A stretch of DNA of 25,096 nucleotides from a virus (lineage: Duplodnaviria > Caudoviricetes): positions 1 to 25,096 of IMG/VR virus record IMGVR_UViG_3300037440_000296. One strand, 5' to 3'. Of the stretch, positions 24,068 to 25,096 are shown in pieces. The position numbers were made by a program, and so were the translations under genes. Below the pieces are notes generated by a model. It was not told where the DNA came from. It did not search any database and was given only the letters and a program-made list of their open reading frames with translations. Within the stretch, counting starts at the first letter, position 1, and the number at the start of each line of letters is the position of its first letter.

Positions 24068-24426
24068 TTTCCCTCGGCCCTCTCCACCGCGGCCTCGTCC
24101 ATGCCGGACAACCGCTGAGCCAGCTTGAACAGCCGTTGCACGACCAGCCCCGACTTGGCGCCGACGACCACGACCTCGCTGTCGGTGAACACCCGCTCGT
24201 CGGTCTCCGGGTCGTACAGGCAGAGCACGAGCAGCTTGGACCGGAAGTTCTCCAGCCTGGCCCCGACGTCCCGGCCCGAGTTGCGGATCTCGACCAGCTC
24301 GGCCTCGAAGTGATCGCGCTGGGTGCCGGTGAGGCCGCGGATGCGCAGCTTGACGCCCCACTCGGGAACGTCCTCGTCGTGGAACGGCCGGTCGTCGGCC
24401 GCCTTGATCTGATCCTTGAGACTCAC
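24028..24426 (-). CDS. tail assembly chaperone (gpG-like)
   Basis: VPEWG.KLRIRGLTG.QRD; lies between the major tail and tape measure genes. Confidence 0.88.
   Translation of the reverse strand: MSLKDQIKAADDRPFHDEDVPEWGVKLRIRGLTGTQRDHFEAELVEIRNSGRDVGARLENFRSKLLVLCLYDPETDERVFTDSEVVVVGAKSGLVVQRLFKLAQRLSGMDEAAVERAEGNSEADPSGSSTTG
24067..24073 (-). other. -1 programmed frameshift heptamer G GGA AAC
   Basis: XXXYYYZ heptamer in the correct phase near the end of the chaperone gene; the -1 frame is open to 23714. Confidence 0.85.
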
Positions 24427-24845
24427 ACCGCCTCCACGAAATCAGGCTCGCCGCTGATCTTGAACGAGAAGTCGGCGCTCATCTTGTCGTCGTGCGGGTA
24501 CTCGTGCTCCATGCCGATGATGAACGCCGCGAACTCCCACTCACCGCCCGGGGGAGTGGGCAGCGCGATGCGGTAGTTGCGGGGCAGCGGGTCCTGGAAA
24601 TCGTCCTTGAGCGGCATGTGGATGCTCGGGTCCCAATTGACCGTGAACGTCACCTCGCCACCGTCGACCAGGCCGCCGACCCACTCCATGAACCGGTTCG
24701 GCGAGTCGTGCGAGGTGACGTCGATGGTCTCCCGGGACATGCCCGGACCGCTGATGTTGGTGGCCTCGCCGATGGTCGCAAAGACCTCCGGGTCGGCGCC
24801 GTCGCCGCGCTGGAACTGCGTTCCGAACGCGCTGAATCCTGCCAT
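24423..24845 (-). CDS. major tail (tube) protein
   Basis: ISGPGMSRETIDVTSHDS...GLVDGGEVTF...FKISGEP; AGGAGG RBS. Confidence 0.9.
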   Translation of the reverse strand: MAGFSAFGTQFQRGDGADPEVFATIGEATNISGPGMSRETIDVTSHDSPNRFMEWVGGLVDGGEVTFTVNWDPSIHMPLKDDFQDPLPRNYRIALPTPPGGEWEFAAFIIGMEHEYPHDDKMSADFSFKISGEPDFVEAV

Positions 24846-24847
24846 GA

Positions 24848-25096
24848 TCAATCCTCCTGTTCGGTGCGCACCGTGAACCGGACGATCGCCCGGCGCTTGT
24901 TGGGGTCGGGGTCGCGCAGGTTCTGGTCGAACTCGTGCCTGACATCAACCGTGTGGTAGTCGGCCAGCGTGAGCGGCTGATGGTCGAACAGCTGGATCAG
25001 CCTGTCCTTGATCTCGTTGACCTGCTTGAACCCGCGCTCCTCGCTCCAGACCTCCAGCGAAACGGTCGTGCGCCAGCCGAACTTGCCGTGCGTGTT
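24848..25096 (-). CDS. tail terminator (DUF3168-like), 5' end outside the window
   Basis: Hand translation ...THGKFGWRTTVSLEVWSEERGFKQVNEIKDRLIQLFDHQPL...RDPDPNKRRAIVRFTVRTEQED*; not in the ORF track. Confidence 0.8.
   Translation of the reverse strand, partial: NTHGKFGWRTTVSLEVWSEERGFKQVNEIKDRLIQLFDHQPLTLADYHTVDVRHEFDQNLRDPDPNKRRAIVRFTVRTEQED

Overview
GC-rich segment of a temperate actinobacteriophage (siphovirus) genome. It appears to be in the unintegrated, attP-intact form. Most genes run on the minus strand. From the right they encode a tail terminator, major tail protein, tail chaperones with a -1 frameshift, tape measure protein and one large minor tail protein. A lysis cassette follows (amidase, two membrane proteins, secreted LysM-M23 peptidase), then a four-gene fibre-like module. 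The centre is an integration-dependent immunity locus: an XRE repressor with a tRNA-Asn-derived attP inside its ORF, a short tyrosine integrase, and a divergent Cro/Xis-like gene. Next to it lies a plus-strand accessory operon led by an HExxH protein. The left arm holds early and replication genes: resolvase, a DUF6192/RacP-like pair, exonuclease, beta-clamp-like protein, SSB-like protein, split primase-polymerase/helicase and HNH. The main observations are: (1) a perfect palindrome embedded in the DNA-binding region of the DUF6192-like gene, with a degenerate copy elsewhere; (2) a 14-bp operator family that also covers a lysis promoter; (3) a structured intergenic RNA candidate; (4) a GG-ending leader on a fibre-like protein; (5) strong internal in-frame starts in two genes. 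Family names come from motif recognition, not database searches.
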